Assembly: GCF_035594765.1 (NCBI RefSeq)
Contig: NC_085842.1
Span: 148,007,036 to 148,071,035, forward strand
From: Anolis carolinensis
Taxonomy: Eukaryota
Direction: 5' to 3'
DNA length: 64,000 bases
The notes under the pieces are model-generated. The model did no database searches. It worked only from the letters and a program-made list of their open reading frames with translations, and was not told where the DNA came from. Shown one piece after another: positions 33,660 through 45,340 of this stretch. The translations under genes and the position numbers were made by a program. The first letter of the stretch is position 1; each line of letters begins with the position of its first letter.

Positions 33660-34529
33660 TGTCAGACCTCTGTCAGCTGGGCACCAAGAACCATACACGG
33701 AGGCCAGTCTCTATCTAATATCTTTATTAAGGAAATATAGAAAAGCAATAAAAACAAGCGAAGAATATAGTTCAGAAGCAGACCTTTCAAATGAGGTCAA
33801 ATATAGTCCAAAAATGTAATGTCCAATAAATGATATTAGAGTTCAAAGTTTTAATCCACTTGACCGAAACACACACTTTTGCCAAGCAATAGTGTGGGGA
33901 AATGTCAGAGTCTTAGAAGTCCAATGGAGCTTGACAACAAGGCTGGAAATAAACTTGGTTCTTGACTAGGTCCGTGACTAGAAACAAGGCAAAACGTGAA
34001 GCGTGGAACAGGGTCCATGGTTAAACAGCAAGGCAAGGCAGCGCTTGGATTCTTGATCCGGGAGGCAAGGAACTGGGGTTACGAAGTCCACACACGATCT
34101 TACTCCTCAAGCCGATCTGTTGACTCCGCAAAGAATCTCTCGCACCAAACACCTATATTGGGTCTCGTTTTCCCGCCAACAAATCTCTTTCCCTAGAGAA
34201 CGAGAAGCGAAACCCAACTCTGTCCAGATGCATGACTCCTTAGAATTTCCCAAGGGAAGCAGGCCTAATCAGCCTGTTGTTTGGCAGCGATCCGTAAACT
34301 CCTCCGATTTGCTTCTCTGACTCCTCTGTCTCTAGAGTAAGATTCCTTCCTGGGAAACGGAGGGGAGTAATGCCCAAGGCCTGTTTTACTGAATTCTTGA
34401 GGGCAAACATCAACATCCGGCAGGTGAAGGGACTCCGGCTCTTGTTGAACCGGCGAAAACCCCATGTTTTCATCTTCATCTGCCACGATAGTACTAGGAA
34501 CAGGACTACAAGGCCCATGAGGCATCACA
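33660..34529 (-). mobile_element. Young Gypsy-type solo LTR (870 bp)
   Basis: TGTCA...TCACA; perfect 5-bp TSD AGTTT; CpGs retained; minus-strand TATA-like element near 34153 and AATAAA near 33725. Confidence 0.9.
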
Positions 34530-34571
34530 AGTTTGCACTAATAGGGAAAGAGCCTGCCTATGTGTTGTATC

Positions 34572-35310
34572 TGTTGTAGTTCAGCCCCTGATTGTGCCTG
34601 CACCTGATGTCACTGAGGAAATGGATCTGGGATTTTGGGGCCTGTGAGCCAGCAGGAGATTTTAAGTGCTGAAACTGAGCCATGTCTGTTTTCAGTAGCT
34701 AGTGAAGGCCACATTCCAGATGTTGTTGAAAAGCCTTTTGCTAGGGAAGCAAGGTCAGAGGCTGAGATGAGCTCAGAGGATGAAATTCCAGGGGGACAGG
34801 ATAATGAGCAGATAGATAGGAGACTTAGTTTTCATGAACGCAGAGCTGCTCAGCACTTGTTAGCCAAAAAGCCATTATCAGGTTCCCAGGGAAGACAGCA
34901 TGATTTCATGTCTATATTAGAGAGATCAGAGGGATTTTTCAGCAGTAAGGTCAATGTTGGAGTTTGAGAAGCAACATCCATGGTCAAGTCTTAGTTAGCC
35001 TTCTAAGGAATTTCTAGTGTCATGTTTCATGCTTTCAAGTTTCATGTTTTCAAGTTTAAGTTATTATTCCTGGATTTCTGTATTGGATTTTTATGCTGCC
35101 TTTGATATATCCTATGCTGGATTTCTTGTCTTAGATTTTGAAACAACTCTTGAATCTTATGGACTTTTTAAATACATGTAGACTTTGACATTTTTACTAT
35201 TTTTGCTGAACTGCTTTTTATACAATCTTAAATAAACTGCTTTGCTGTTTTAACTTGGACTGGAGTGTGGTGGATAAGTACAGAGGTATTTTCTGCCCTG
35301 GAGGAAAACA
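34572..35310 (+). mobile_element. Gypsy-type solo LTR (739 bp)
   Basis: TGTTG...AAACA; TSD GTATC/GCATC; AATAAA near 35231. Confidence 0.85.
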
Positions 35311-35561
35311 GCATCCATTTACCAGAAGATGACCTCTCTATGTAATGACAGAAGAGGAGATATGGCTTATGCCAACATGGTCTAAAGCAGCTTGCATCAA
35401 TCAGGTAAATACATTCAGTCTACTACTCCCATCTTCCCTAGACTGGATGTGCATTGTGGTAGTCTGATTATTATTTGCCCGAGTTGGGAAAGACTAGGTC
35501 AAATCTTCAGGAAATATTTCTATATAGTATTTCCTTAACGTTAACACCTCACAATATCAGC

Positions 35562-35705
35562 CAGGTAGATAGACTCAATCAATGAAGCCATGGCTCTCAG
35601 GTTGCAAGAACTGAGCAGGATATCTTGGAGGGTTTTCACTCATAGGATCACTGTAAGTTGCATCCAGCTTGATTGCACACAACCACCACTACCATCACAA
35701 CAACA
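35562..35705 (+). mobile_element. RTE/BovB-like 3' end
   Basis: GGTAGATAGACTCAATC.ATGAAGCCA...GCAAGA.CTGAGCAGG; homologous to 20840-20970. Confidence 0.7.
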
Positions 35706-36134
35706 AAATGACAGAGAACTGCCTCCAGTATTCAGTATAGCAGTTACTAGTGATCTGCAGGCAAGGTGAAGTTCTTACCACTTTCCCCTTCCTTGCTTTT
35801 GTACATATATGATAGGACCAACTAAGGGGTTACATAAGCAACTCTGTGTCAACAATCTTTTCATTTTTAAAGCTGGATGGAGCACATGGACCCCACCCAT
35901 AAATACACTCATCTAATGGCTGGAAGGGGGTTTGTTTTTGATAAGATTGCAAATAGAAAGGGGAAGAAAGGGTTAGCCTTTTTCATATTGTGATCTTAGC
36001 AAAATGGCCCCACACTACCAATCAAACTTTTCTCAAGCTTAAATTGCTATGAGGCGAGTAGAGGAATTTACATTTGCATATGCCCATGTGTGCATGTGTG
36101 TGTGTCTTACATTTCAAAATGCACAGAATATGGG

Positions 36135-36344
36135 GGTTTTATGTGGATTTTATATGAATAATAATTTGAATTGCGTGTGATTTGAATTGATGTTTTAATG
36201 TTGATGTTGTAATTGTTTTGGATTTTAATGTGTTGTTTAATTATCAATATGTATATGTGTGGCATCGAATCACTACTTTTGTAAGGCCGCTCTGAGTCCC
36301 CTTCAGGGTGAGAAGGGTGTGGACAAGTGTGGTAAATAAATAAA
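36135..36344 (+). mobile_element. L2 3' end
   Basis: T-rich UTR then GTAAGGCCGCTCTGAGTCCCCTTCAGGGTGAGAAGGG...(TAAA)n. Confidence 0.8.
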
Positions 36345-37007
36345 TCTCTCGGCATGTACATGGATTATCATGTAAAACTGAAAAAGATTCTTTCTTTCTG
36401 TCCCTCTCTTTTTTGCAGTTTTGCCAGAAATAATCCCCCCCTCCAGAAATCAGATGTGAGGTCATTTATTTTTGCCATGGCCACATCCACCATTGACACG
36501 AGGGGTTGTAGAAAAAATGTGATTTACCATTTGCTGGGACTGGGAAACCTTGGATCCTCCAGACATTTTGGCTTGTAACTTCCACCAGCCTCACACAGGT
36601 CTTTTCACATTCTGCCCCAAAAGTTACTTTTTCATGTTCTGTCCCAAAGGCTGGAGAAAGGCCTCTGCCACTACCCCAAATCCACTGCTTACTTATTGTA
36701 AATTCTGCCAAAACAATTCTTTGGCTCACTGCTTTTCCAGATCATGAGGCATTGTGGGGTGATCTGTCTATTCTGTCAGATACTTTACACACTTCCCATG
36801 ACTGCAATGCTTGTCCTCCTTCACATGGGCAGCTGTCTCCCTGTCTACTCGGGCATTCCCAGTGCGGAGTACATACTCCTTCCCAGCATTTTCCCTGCTT
36901 TTCAGCTCCATCAAGGGACCACATTCTTGATCACATTTCCCTCTCACGTCCTCTTGCTATGTCTCTCTAACTCCCCAGAAGGGGACTTTAATAAAAAAGT
37001 AAATCAC

Positions 37008-37550
37008 TGTTATTCTGTACCCAGAGGTAAAGGCTCCTGTTCCATTCTGATGAGGACCTTTTCTCTTCCCTCAAAGTCATCCGGTCTGCTTGAACCAGAG
37101 TGCAGAAGGCGAGTGTCCTCCAGTCATGGCAGCCCTGCCTGGGGAAGGCACGGATCAGGGAGAGCCAGGGAAAGATCAACAGGTGGACCATGGGGGGGGG
37201 GGGGGGGCAGGAGGAACAGGCCACACAGAAGTCAGCAGCAGATCTGAGCACAATGCAAATTTCTTGCCCAGGCTTCTGAACAAGAAATAATACAAGGATA
37301 ATACAATGATACTTTATTTATTCACAAGACAGCTGAACCTACACAGAGCCTGAAAGGTGTCCAATGTCTAGAAAGCAAACCAAGGCAAAGGGGACGTGTA
37401 AATGGGAGACCAGAAGCTGTGTCTCAGGAATGGTGTTCTAAGTATTATTTCAACTCTGGTACAGATTTGTATTATAAAGAATCAACTTACTAGTTTCACT
37501 TCTCTATCAGGGATTAGTTTCCTTCCCTTTTTCTTTGTATTGTGAAGAAA
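37008..37550 (+). mobile_element. Possible old LTR remnant
   Basis: Starts TGTTA; acidic/Gly-rich coding-like tract ending PRLLNKK like the other LTRs; no TSD found, right end uncertain. Confidence 0.25.
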
Positions 37551-39249
37551 CAAGTCTTTGCACAACTTTATGATCAGTAGCCTCATTTTGCCTGATGAAG
37601 AGATAAAAGAACCCTGAGAGTATGCATCATTGTTTGATTTTGATTAAGATGAATTTGAGGATTTTTCCATAATGGCTATTTCTCATGTTGCAGAAAAATC
37701 AAACCTCCATAATCTTTTATGTACTTAAGACTGCTCAAAATGAAGTAAATATCCCTTTCAGGGGACATGGATACCAAAAGCTCCTGAGAACATATAAACC
37801 ATGTATTTTCAGATATAGCATTACCTCCCTCCACCATTTCCATGGGCCCAGTGCCCACAGTTTAATTTACCCACTTAAGACAAAATATGGCTTCTAGGCA
37901 TTTTCTAGATGTTCCAATGCTTCTTGGACCAGAAGCCCTTAATTTTAATAGGATTTGCTGTTTTCTGTGGTTTTGCATATCCACGTGAAGTCCTATGGAT
38001 ATGTGGGTTGTACTATAGCTGATTGTTCTTTGCATGTCCAGAAAAGACGTGGGAAGTTCATGCATGAAATACTCAAATGCAGCCTTCTACTACATGTGGA
38101 AGAGCCTTAGGCCAGGCAGATGTATCAGCAATTATTGGGTTTTTTTTAGGTTTGCAAAATATGTACGTATTTTGATTCTTTGCATTGATGTTCTGTGCAG
38201 AGATCAGTAGCTTTCCAGTTTAGTTCTCTCGCACAGTTTAGTTTTCTCTCATGCTCTTTTACACACCCCAAATGGGATTGCGAGTCGACTGCAATTTGCA
38301 AGTTTTAGAAGTTTTGTTTTATTCCATGAAATACCCAAAACTTAGGACAGGAAGTTGGACATATACCCATAGCCCTCAGCATGTGATCTTCACCAACGGT
38401 GGAGGAACATGACCTCCTCATAAGCCTAGAAGTGTGTTGTTGCCACGCTCTCCCTGTTCTTGTCAGACAAACAGATCCAACATCACTGCTCTCCTCCCTT
38501 CCTCTTCCTTAGCTCTAATTTCTGGATGAGGGTCAAAATACTTCCAACTGCAGCTCATGTTTTCTTCTTCTTCTACTGCAAATGATTCTTGTGGCTCCAA
38601 TTCCTCTCCTCCATCCCTGCTGGCACTTTTCCTCCATGACTGACAGACTGAAAGCTTTACTTAACAGGATGGGGCTGCTGCGCCAGATATCTGAGGAAAG
38701 CTGCCCTGGGATTTAACGTCTGATGCAAGCAATCCCAGGATGCCTGCTCCCAGCTCTGCTTGGGGAAGCACTTTGCAGCTTTGATTACTGTATGTGATAA
38801 GTGGGGCATTAGAAGTGCAACCTGTTGCCTAGTTCTCAAGGTAATTAATTTCATCTGTATTGAACAGATGCCATAATTTCAGGGTTATGGATTAAGGAAA
38901 GAATAGGTGAGAGCATCCTTGTTGGCTTGGAGATTAATTAATTTCATCGGGCAAAATAGCTCTCACACTCTTTCTTTAGCAGGGTGGTTTGGTTTGGAAG
39001 TTTTTAATCTAACTGTAGTGTGTTGTGGCTGATCCATCTCTCCTGTGGGGATTATCATTGTAAGCCTCTTCAGTTTCATATTCACTGCCAGGGAGGTAAC
39101 AGGGCCCCAATTTCACTGTTAGGAAAAGGCAGTGGCTGGGGTCAGACTTCCAAAGGTCCCTGATTTCCATTTCAGGGAGAAAAGTAAGGCTTGAGAATCA
39201 ACAGCAGAAAGCTTGGGAATCAAGGTGATTCATGGATGACAATGAATTG

Positions 39250-39375
39250 AATTTTTGAAACCAAGAGTGGATGGTCATCTGTTGCAATGGCTTTGATTGT
39301 GTATTCCTGCATAGTAGGATGGGGTTAGACTGGATGGTCCTTGGGGTATCTTCCAACTCTATGATTTTATGATTT
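39250..39375 (+). mobile_element. CR1 3' end
   Basis: TGGATGGTCATCTG...GGGGTTAGACTGGATGG...CTTCCAACTCTATGATT. Confidence 0.75.
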
Positions 39376-40082
39376 TGTATATTTTCATTGCTGCAGTCTT
39401 GGCACCTGTTTTATAATAATTGCAGATATATTACACCTCACATCAGCCTTCCACAAAATGATGTCCTTAAGGAATCCTATACCAGAGACTTTTAAGAGTA
39501 ACGTTTTTGAATGACAGCACCTGGAATCACCAAACCAATATCCATGTTGGCAGTTGGAATTATAGGAGTCCCATCCTCCTAACAAAACTCTTTTATTATT
39601 TATTGAGTGGTTCCCAATCCAGCCACTGTGATTGGGAACAATAGGGAATATATTCCAAAGAGAATAACAAGTACTGTAATGAGCCAGTGAAAGCACAATC
39701 TGGCATTCCTTTCAGAGTCCAAGATACTTATCGTACTGCCAACCACAATAAATTTAATAACTGACAATAATAATAATAATTGTCAAACATGAATTACAAT
39801 ATACTTCAAAATGTTTTTAGTGGCTATGACCATGTACTTTTTGCCCCTGTGAAGCCATGAGAAAGAATTTCCCAGTAAAAAGATGTTAATGATCAACTGC
39901 TACTGCCACCATTGTCTGTCTTTTGGATCTCACTGAAATTAGCTATGGGAGTGCAAATGGGAATTTAACCATCAAATAAAAAACATGCTCAGATAAGTGG
40001 TGTAAAATTGGGTTCAGTGTTTAGCTTTCCTTGTAAACATGTGAACATACTTTGTAGTGAGTGCAAGTGCCACTGTCTAGAC

Positions 40083-40083
<1 letters not shown>

Positions 40084-40150
<67 letters not shown>

Positions 40151-40152
40151 TT
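40084..40152. repeat. (CTTT)n microsatellite
   Basis: Direct repeat. Confidence 0.95.
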
Positions 40153-43100
40153 GAAATGGTTCTGCCTTCCTTGTACATCCCTAAGTACCTTAGCATACCA
40201 GGCTGTAAAACATGGATCAGGAGGCTTCATAACAATCATTCCTTCAACTCCCAGTTAAACCATCATGTTTTACCAAGAGATTTTCTGAATGTAGATCATG
40301 CCTCCAACTTATAGGCCCCAACCTGTATCCTTCAGCCAGATGACACAGAGCTTTTACCTTTTGCCTTTGGCGCAGACTTCTCAGTGAGCCCTGTTATATA
40401 TTTGCAATACCTACCTAAAGAAAGGACTAGCACACACACATCCCACACACGGTCTCCGGTGCCGTCCATCCAAATTCCTTTTGACTTGAGACTCACTTTT
40501 AATCTCTTAGGGAGGGACCCTACACACACACACACACATATGCACATGCACTCTGTGCCATGTTGATATTCATGAGCTAGGCATTTTATTTAATGTGTCT
40601 CACGATGGAGGATCAAAGATACAGAGCGGCACCTAATTAATTATTTTCCCCCCTTCTTCTGTAACATCCCCTCAGTGGGCCTTCCAGCCCTGGAATCTAA
40701 AAGGGTTCCGCTTCTGCACCGACTCTGCATAATGAGATGGAATTTGGACTCCAGCAAATTTGTTCAGTTTTATGGAGTATTATGTGAAAAATGCTGTGAA
40801 ATTAAGTTCTGGCTCCGCTATCATGCCACGGCCATCAGGGCTGCTTTTATGTGTGGCGCTGAGACGGAAAGATGGGAGAAAGGCTCCTCGTTGTATTAAT
40901 GTGGTGAACAGAGAGGAGGAGGAGCTGTGACACAGTGCCTGGAGCAGGGAGTGGGGAAGTAATGAAGGCAACCATGGGGAGAGAGAAATAGCAGCATAAG
41001 TGGGCCAGTGGCCCGGTGTGGCAACAGCCATCAGGAAAAATACAGGCTAGTTGTCTCCCTGTGAATGAGAGCACAGTGCAACAGTTATGGCAACACTAGT
41101 TCCTATAGTGGGTGGTCATAGAAAATGTAACCCATCTGGAAAGCAGGGTGTTTTAAGAGCTCAAAGAATGTTGAAAAGGAGCATGTTTCATTTAAGTCCT
41201 GTAGAGGAGGTGATACCATTTTAGCTGGAAATTAACTTGTATGGAATTGTGGGATTTACAGTTTCATGAGGTACTTAGACTGTTCTACTGGAGTGCTCCA
41301 GTGCTGTATTGGGGAAATAAGTAGACTAAGATTCCAAATAAGGGAATTCAAAATATCTGAAAAGCGTCAAATCCCGGGTTACATGCTGATAACAAAGTGC
41401 TATAATTATAATGTGGATGCATTCATATTGGGAAAGTAGTAAGAGGACACAATCAATTTCTAATCAAGCTGTTCAAGGTAGAGCCTCTGCAGACTAGTTT
41501 GCCTGAGAAGGACAAAATTACCTTCCATGGATGAGGTAGAGACATGGTCATTTAGCAGTGGGGAGTTTTTATGGTTTGTCACTGCTTTCAAAATCCACCG
41601 GTAATCAAGCATCCATTTCAACATATTACCAGGAGATACGGTGCATCCACCTTTCTGGGATTCTAATTCTCCATCTTTGAACTACCATATTTTGGATTCC
41701 TTCGTTCATTTACATCTTCGGGTGGGTTTCTTTATGCATGCATATGACACCATAGATTATGTCATCTTTAGATTCCATGACCTATAAGTCTCCCTCATGA
41801 TATTGCCAGAATTCACAATAATAATTGCAGTATTTGAGAGAGAAGCTAAAAACTGCAGAGCACTTTCGAAGCATCTACCAACCCAGTAATGCCACACTGC
41901 AAAGGGCATTGGGAGTTTTAGCAAATATCCCCATCATCTGAGAACACAACTGTGCATTAATAGAATCCTGAATTATGCTGACCTGAATTTGAGTTTAAGA
42001 GCAATTCAGTGGCAATCTTAATTTAAACCTGTCTCTTCTATGTTCTAGCATTTTTTCGCCCACATAAATCTGGTTACCAGGCACGGCTGCTTTTTTTATT
42101 ATTAAAGAGAGGTTTTCCTTTCCCTTTCCAGACAGCTGGCACATGGCTGTGAGGCATTGGGTGCTCTGCCTCTTGTTTTGTACAGAACTTGATCCAGCTT
42201 TTCCCAACCTGTGGTTTTTCTGGTTTATTGGACCACCAGCACTCTCAGGCTGACTACTCTCCATGGAGTATGGCCGCTGGAATCAAAGACACTCAGAGCA
42301 CGGCCTGTCTTAGAGAAGGACAATTTAAGCAGCATTCGCTGCTGTCCCATGTGACTCTTTCCTCCTTCATATCAAAACTTGTACTCTAGTACTTGTACTC
42401 TGCGTCTGCAACATGCCTAACCCATCCAAAGTAATCATTTTGATGAGCCTCCCCATCCTTCCCATATTTCTTTAAAATCTTCACCCCCTACATTCTCTGC
42501 TGCCATTACAGAAAGGAATGGAGCCATGGCTCTCAGCCTCTCCCTCATCCTCACCTTCATCCCATATTTTTGTCAAGATCAGAAGAGCCAGCCCCAAAAT
42601 ATGCCACTGTTTTGGTGGGAGTTTTGTTGTGATTTCTTATTTCCGACTGGCACGTTTATGCTATTCTTTAACATAAACACAGACACTCCTTTTCCCCCAT
42701 CTCCATCCATCTTATCCTCAATGCTTCTTCCTTCATTTCCTCGGCAGTTTGGTGACCCACTTCTTATATGCCATCCATTAATCCATGATAGGGTTGCGGT
42801 TCCATCCCAAGCCCTACAAACGTCTTAAAGATCTCTGGAACAAAAGCCTAGCCCCAAGCTAGTGATTTTGTTGGAAGGCCCATAGTTCAACCTCTCCTCG
42901 ATGGCTACATATGTGATGTCAGTTTTGCTTCCCCCTGCCTTCCCCCTCTCTTGGCTGGCAGAGCTTGTGCGTTGTCCCGCTGAACACACTCCACATCAAA
43001 AATCAGAAAGGAATGAATCCAGGCAGCATGCATAGAAAAGCAGGGTGCTATATCCGCCTCTCCATCTTGCCACCCTTCAATCGCAGCAGCTCATTATCCT

Positions 43101-43634
43101 GTGGAAGATACCTGGCGGATGGTGCAGGCTTCCTGCTCCTCTTGGCCCCTCATTTGCCCAGCTGTACTCCAGCGTTTCAGATCACATAGCCGCCAGAAGC
43201 TTGCATGGAAGTGAAAGGAACCAAAAGAACTTTTTCAAATAAGAGCCCTCACACCCGGCCTTCCCCCTTTTCTCTCCCTGCTGTGATGTATGTGGTTTTT
43301 TGTGCCTGACAGGGCCAGGATCCGCTAGGGACCTGCACTGATTAATCGCACCTTTCAGTTTGCGGTGAAACATCTTCACTTTCTCTGGCTTAAAGAAGCC
43401 TGACACGTTCAATTGTGGCCCTGGCTCCTCAGTGCCAGTCTGTCTGTGGAGGGGGGGATGGTGGCTGCCCACTGAGCATCCCAGCCATCTAATGAGAGTG
43501 GCGCCCGCATTAGCACTGCCAGAGGCTGTCTGATGTAGCAACCGCTGGGAACAAGCAGGCCTGCGCTGAGGAAATTCAAACAGACACACTTTCTAATTTC
43601 CATGACAACTGTAATAGGGTATTTGCTGGGCTCC

Positions 43635-43636
<2 letters not shown>

Positions 43637-43720
<84 letters not shown>
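43637..43720. repeat. (GA)42 microsatellite
   Basis: 84-bp pure GA run. Confidence 0.95.
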
Positions 43721-43723
<3 letters not shown>

Positions 43724-44009
43724 CCAGGGGAGAAAGTGTGGAGGAATGTGATCCTTTCCCAAAGAACGAGTCTTTCCCAAAGCTGAGGGCACGGGAGGCA
43801 GGGGAGGCAGGAATAATTATGTGGAGGGAAAAAAACCATGTATATGTTTGCAAATATTTTGGATTCAGGTTAATGTGATTCCCTGCAATGGTGAAGAATC
43901 ATCCTGGAATTGACTTGTATTGTATGTACACCATCATCCACTCATTCACATCTCAAAACTTAATGGCAGATAAGTGTCAAGCTAACAATTTATAAGCCAT
44001 TCTGAGAGC

Positions 44010-44283
44010 TGGGTTGCTGTGAGTTTTCCCAGGCTGTATGGCTATGTTCCAGAAGCATTTTCTCCTGATGTTTTGCCTACATCTATAGCAGGCATCCTCA
44101 GAGCTTGTGAGGTCTGCTGGAAACTAAGCAAGTGGGGTTTATATATCTGTGGAATGTCCAGGATCGGAGAAAGAACTCTTATCTATTTGAGGCAAGTGGG
44201 AATGTTGCCATTGGGCAGCTTGATTAGCATTAAATGGCCTTGCAGCATCAAAGCCTGGTTCTTCCTGCCTGAAGGAATCCTCT
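44010..44283 (-). mobile_element. Penelope pLTR fragment with degenerate hammerhead
   Basis: Reverse complement of 21950-22220; core at 44062-44103 has GAAA changed to AAAA. Confidence 0.85.
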
Positions 44284-44501
44284 GAGAGCCTTTGTAGTTG
44301 AAGAGTGGAGTATAAATCCTCTAAATAAATAAATAACAAGTCAGGAAACCCTGTGATAGGTTTATCCCAAGTCTGGATTGATTCAATAGCACACAGGGGG
44401 AAACCTTTACCTTTACCTTCAACAGAAAAGAAGGAAGCAACCATAGGACTGGCATTTTGCTTTTCTTCAAAGATCTGTGTAAACAACCACTTTTCTTCTC
44501 A

Positions 44502-44650
44502 GGGCCCTTCCACACAGCCATATAACCGAGAATACCAAGGCTGAAAATCCCACAATATCTGCTTTGAAATGGGTTCTCTGAGTCCACACTGCCATATATT
44601 CCAGTTCAAAGCAGATAATGTGAGATTTTATTCAGCTGTATGGAAAAGCC
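44502..44650. mobile_element. Harbinger MITE (about 150 bp)
   Basis: GGGCCCTTCCACACAGC...GCTGTATGGAAAAGCC; same family as 32496. Confidence 0.85.
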
Positions 44651-44739
44651 ATAGTGAAACATGAAATGGTCACTATGGAGTCTGGTACTGGAGCACTACC
44701 TGTTTCCCTATGAGCCTGTCTGAGTTCTTAACCTCAGAG

Positions 44740-44990
44740 CAGGGCCATAGCCAGAAAAAAATGGGGGAAGGGGGGGTTGAAACTTTTTTTTAGCGAATCA
44801 TGAAGAGTAGTTCCATAATGCAAAATAATTTAGAAATCAGGCTCCATCATAAACTTCGGTGGACATTCATGGGGATTTGATTAAGCAGTTACAATTCATG
44901 AGTAAACCAGGTTTTTTTAAAAAAAACTGAAAAATTGGGGGGGGGGTTGAACCCTTAACCACCACCACCACCCCCTTGGCTACAGCCCTG
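44740..44990. mobile_element. Non-autonomous hAT element
   Basis: TIRs CAGGGCCATAGCCA / TGGCTACAGCCCTG; perfect 8-bp TSD CCTCAGAG. Confidence 0.85.
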
Positions 44991-45195
44991 CCTCAGAGGG
45001 CTTTCATTAGGAACTCTTTCTCCATGATGTGTTGAGGTATCCATCCACCAGTCTGCTCACATTGTAATCACGCAAAACCCTGCATTGTTAATATTTAAGC
45101 AACAGTATTCCCAAACCTTTTAAAGTATTTGCTTTGGCCTTTGAACTAATGCTTGGCTGGTTTCCGCTTCCCTGTTGCTTTGACATATTTATGTG

Positions 45196-45340
45196 CTATT
45201 TATTTATTTATTTATTATCCTAACTTTTCCCTAATATGGGAAAAAAGACAATTTCCAAAAATTAAGACAGATGCAGCTAAAATATTTTCATCATACAAGA
45301 GTTAAAAATGTAATTAAATTATCAATAAAATTAAAAGCAT
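45196..45340 (-). mobile_element. Old L2 3' end
   Basis: (TTTA)n followed by an A-rich reversed UTR. Confidence 0.45.

Noticed and set aside
36744-37247. 167-aa plus-strand ORF
   Set aside because: No recognisable homology; includes a G homopolymer and a probable LTR remnant
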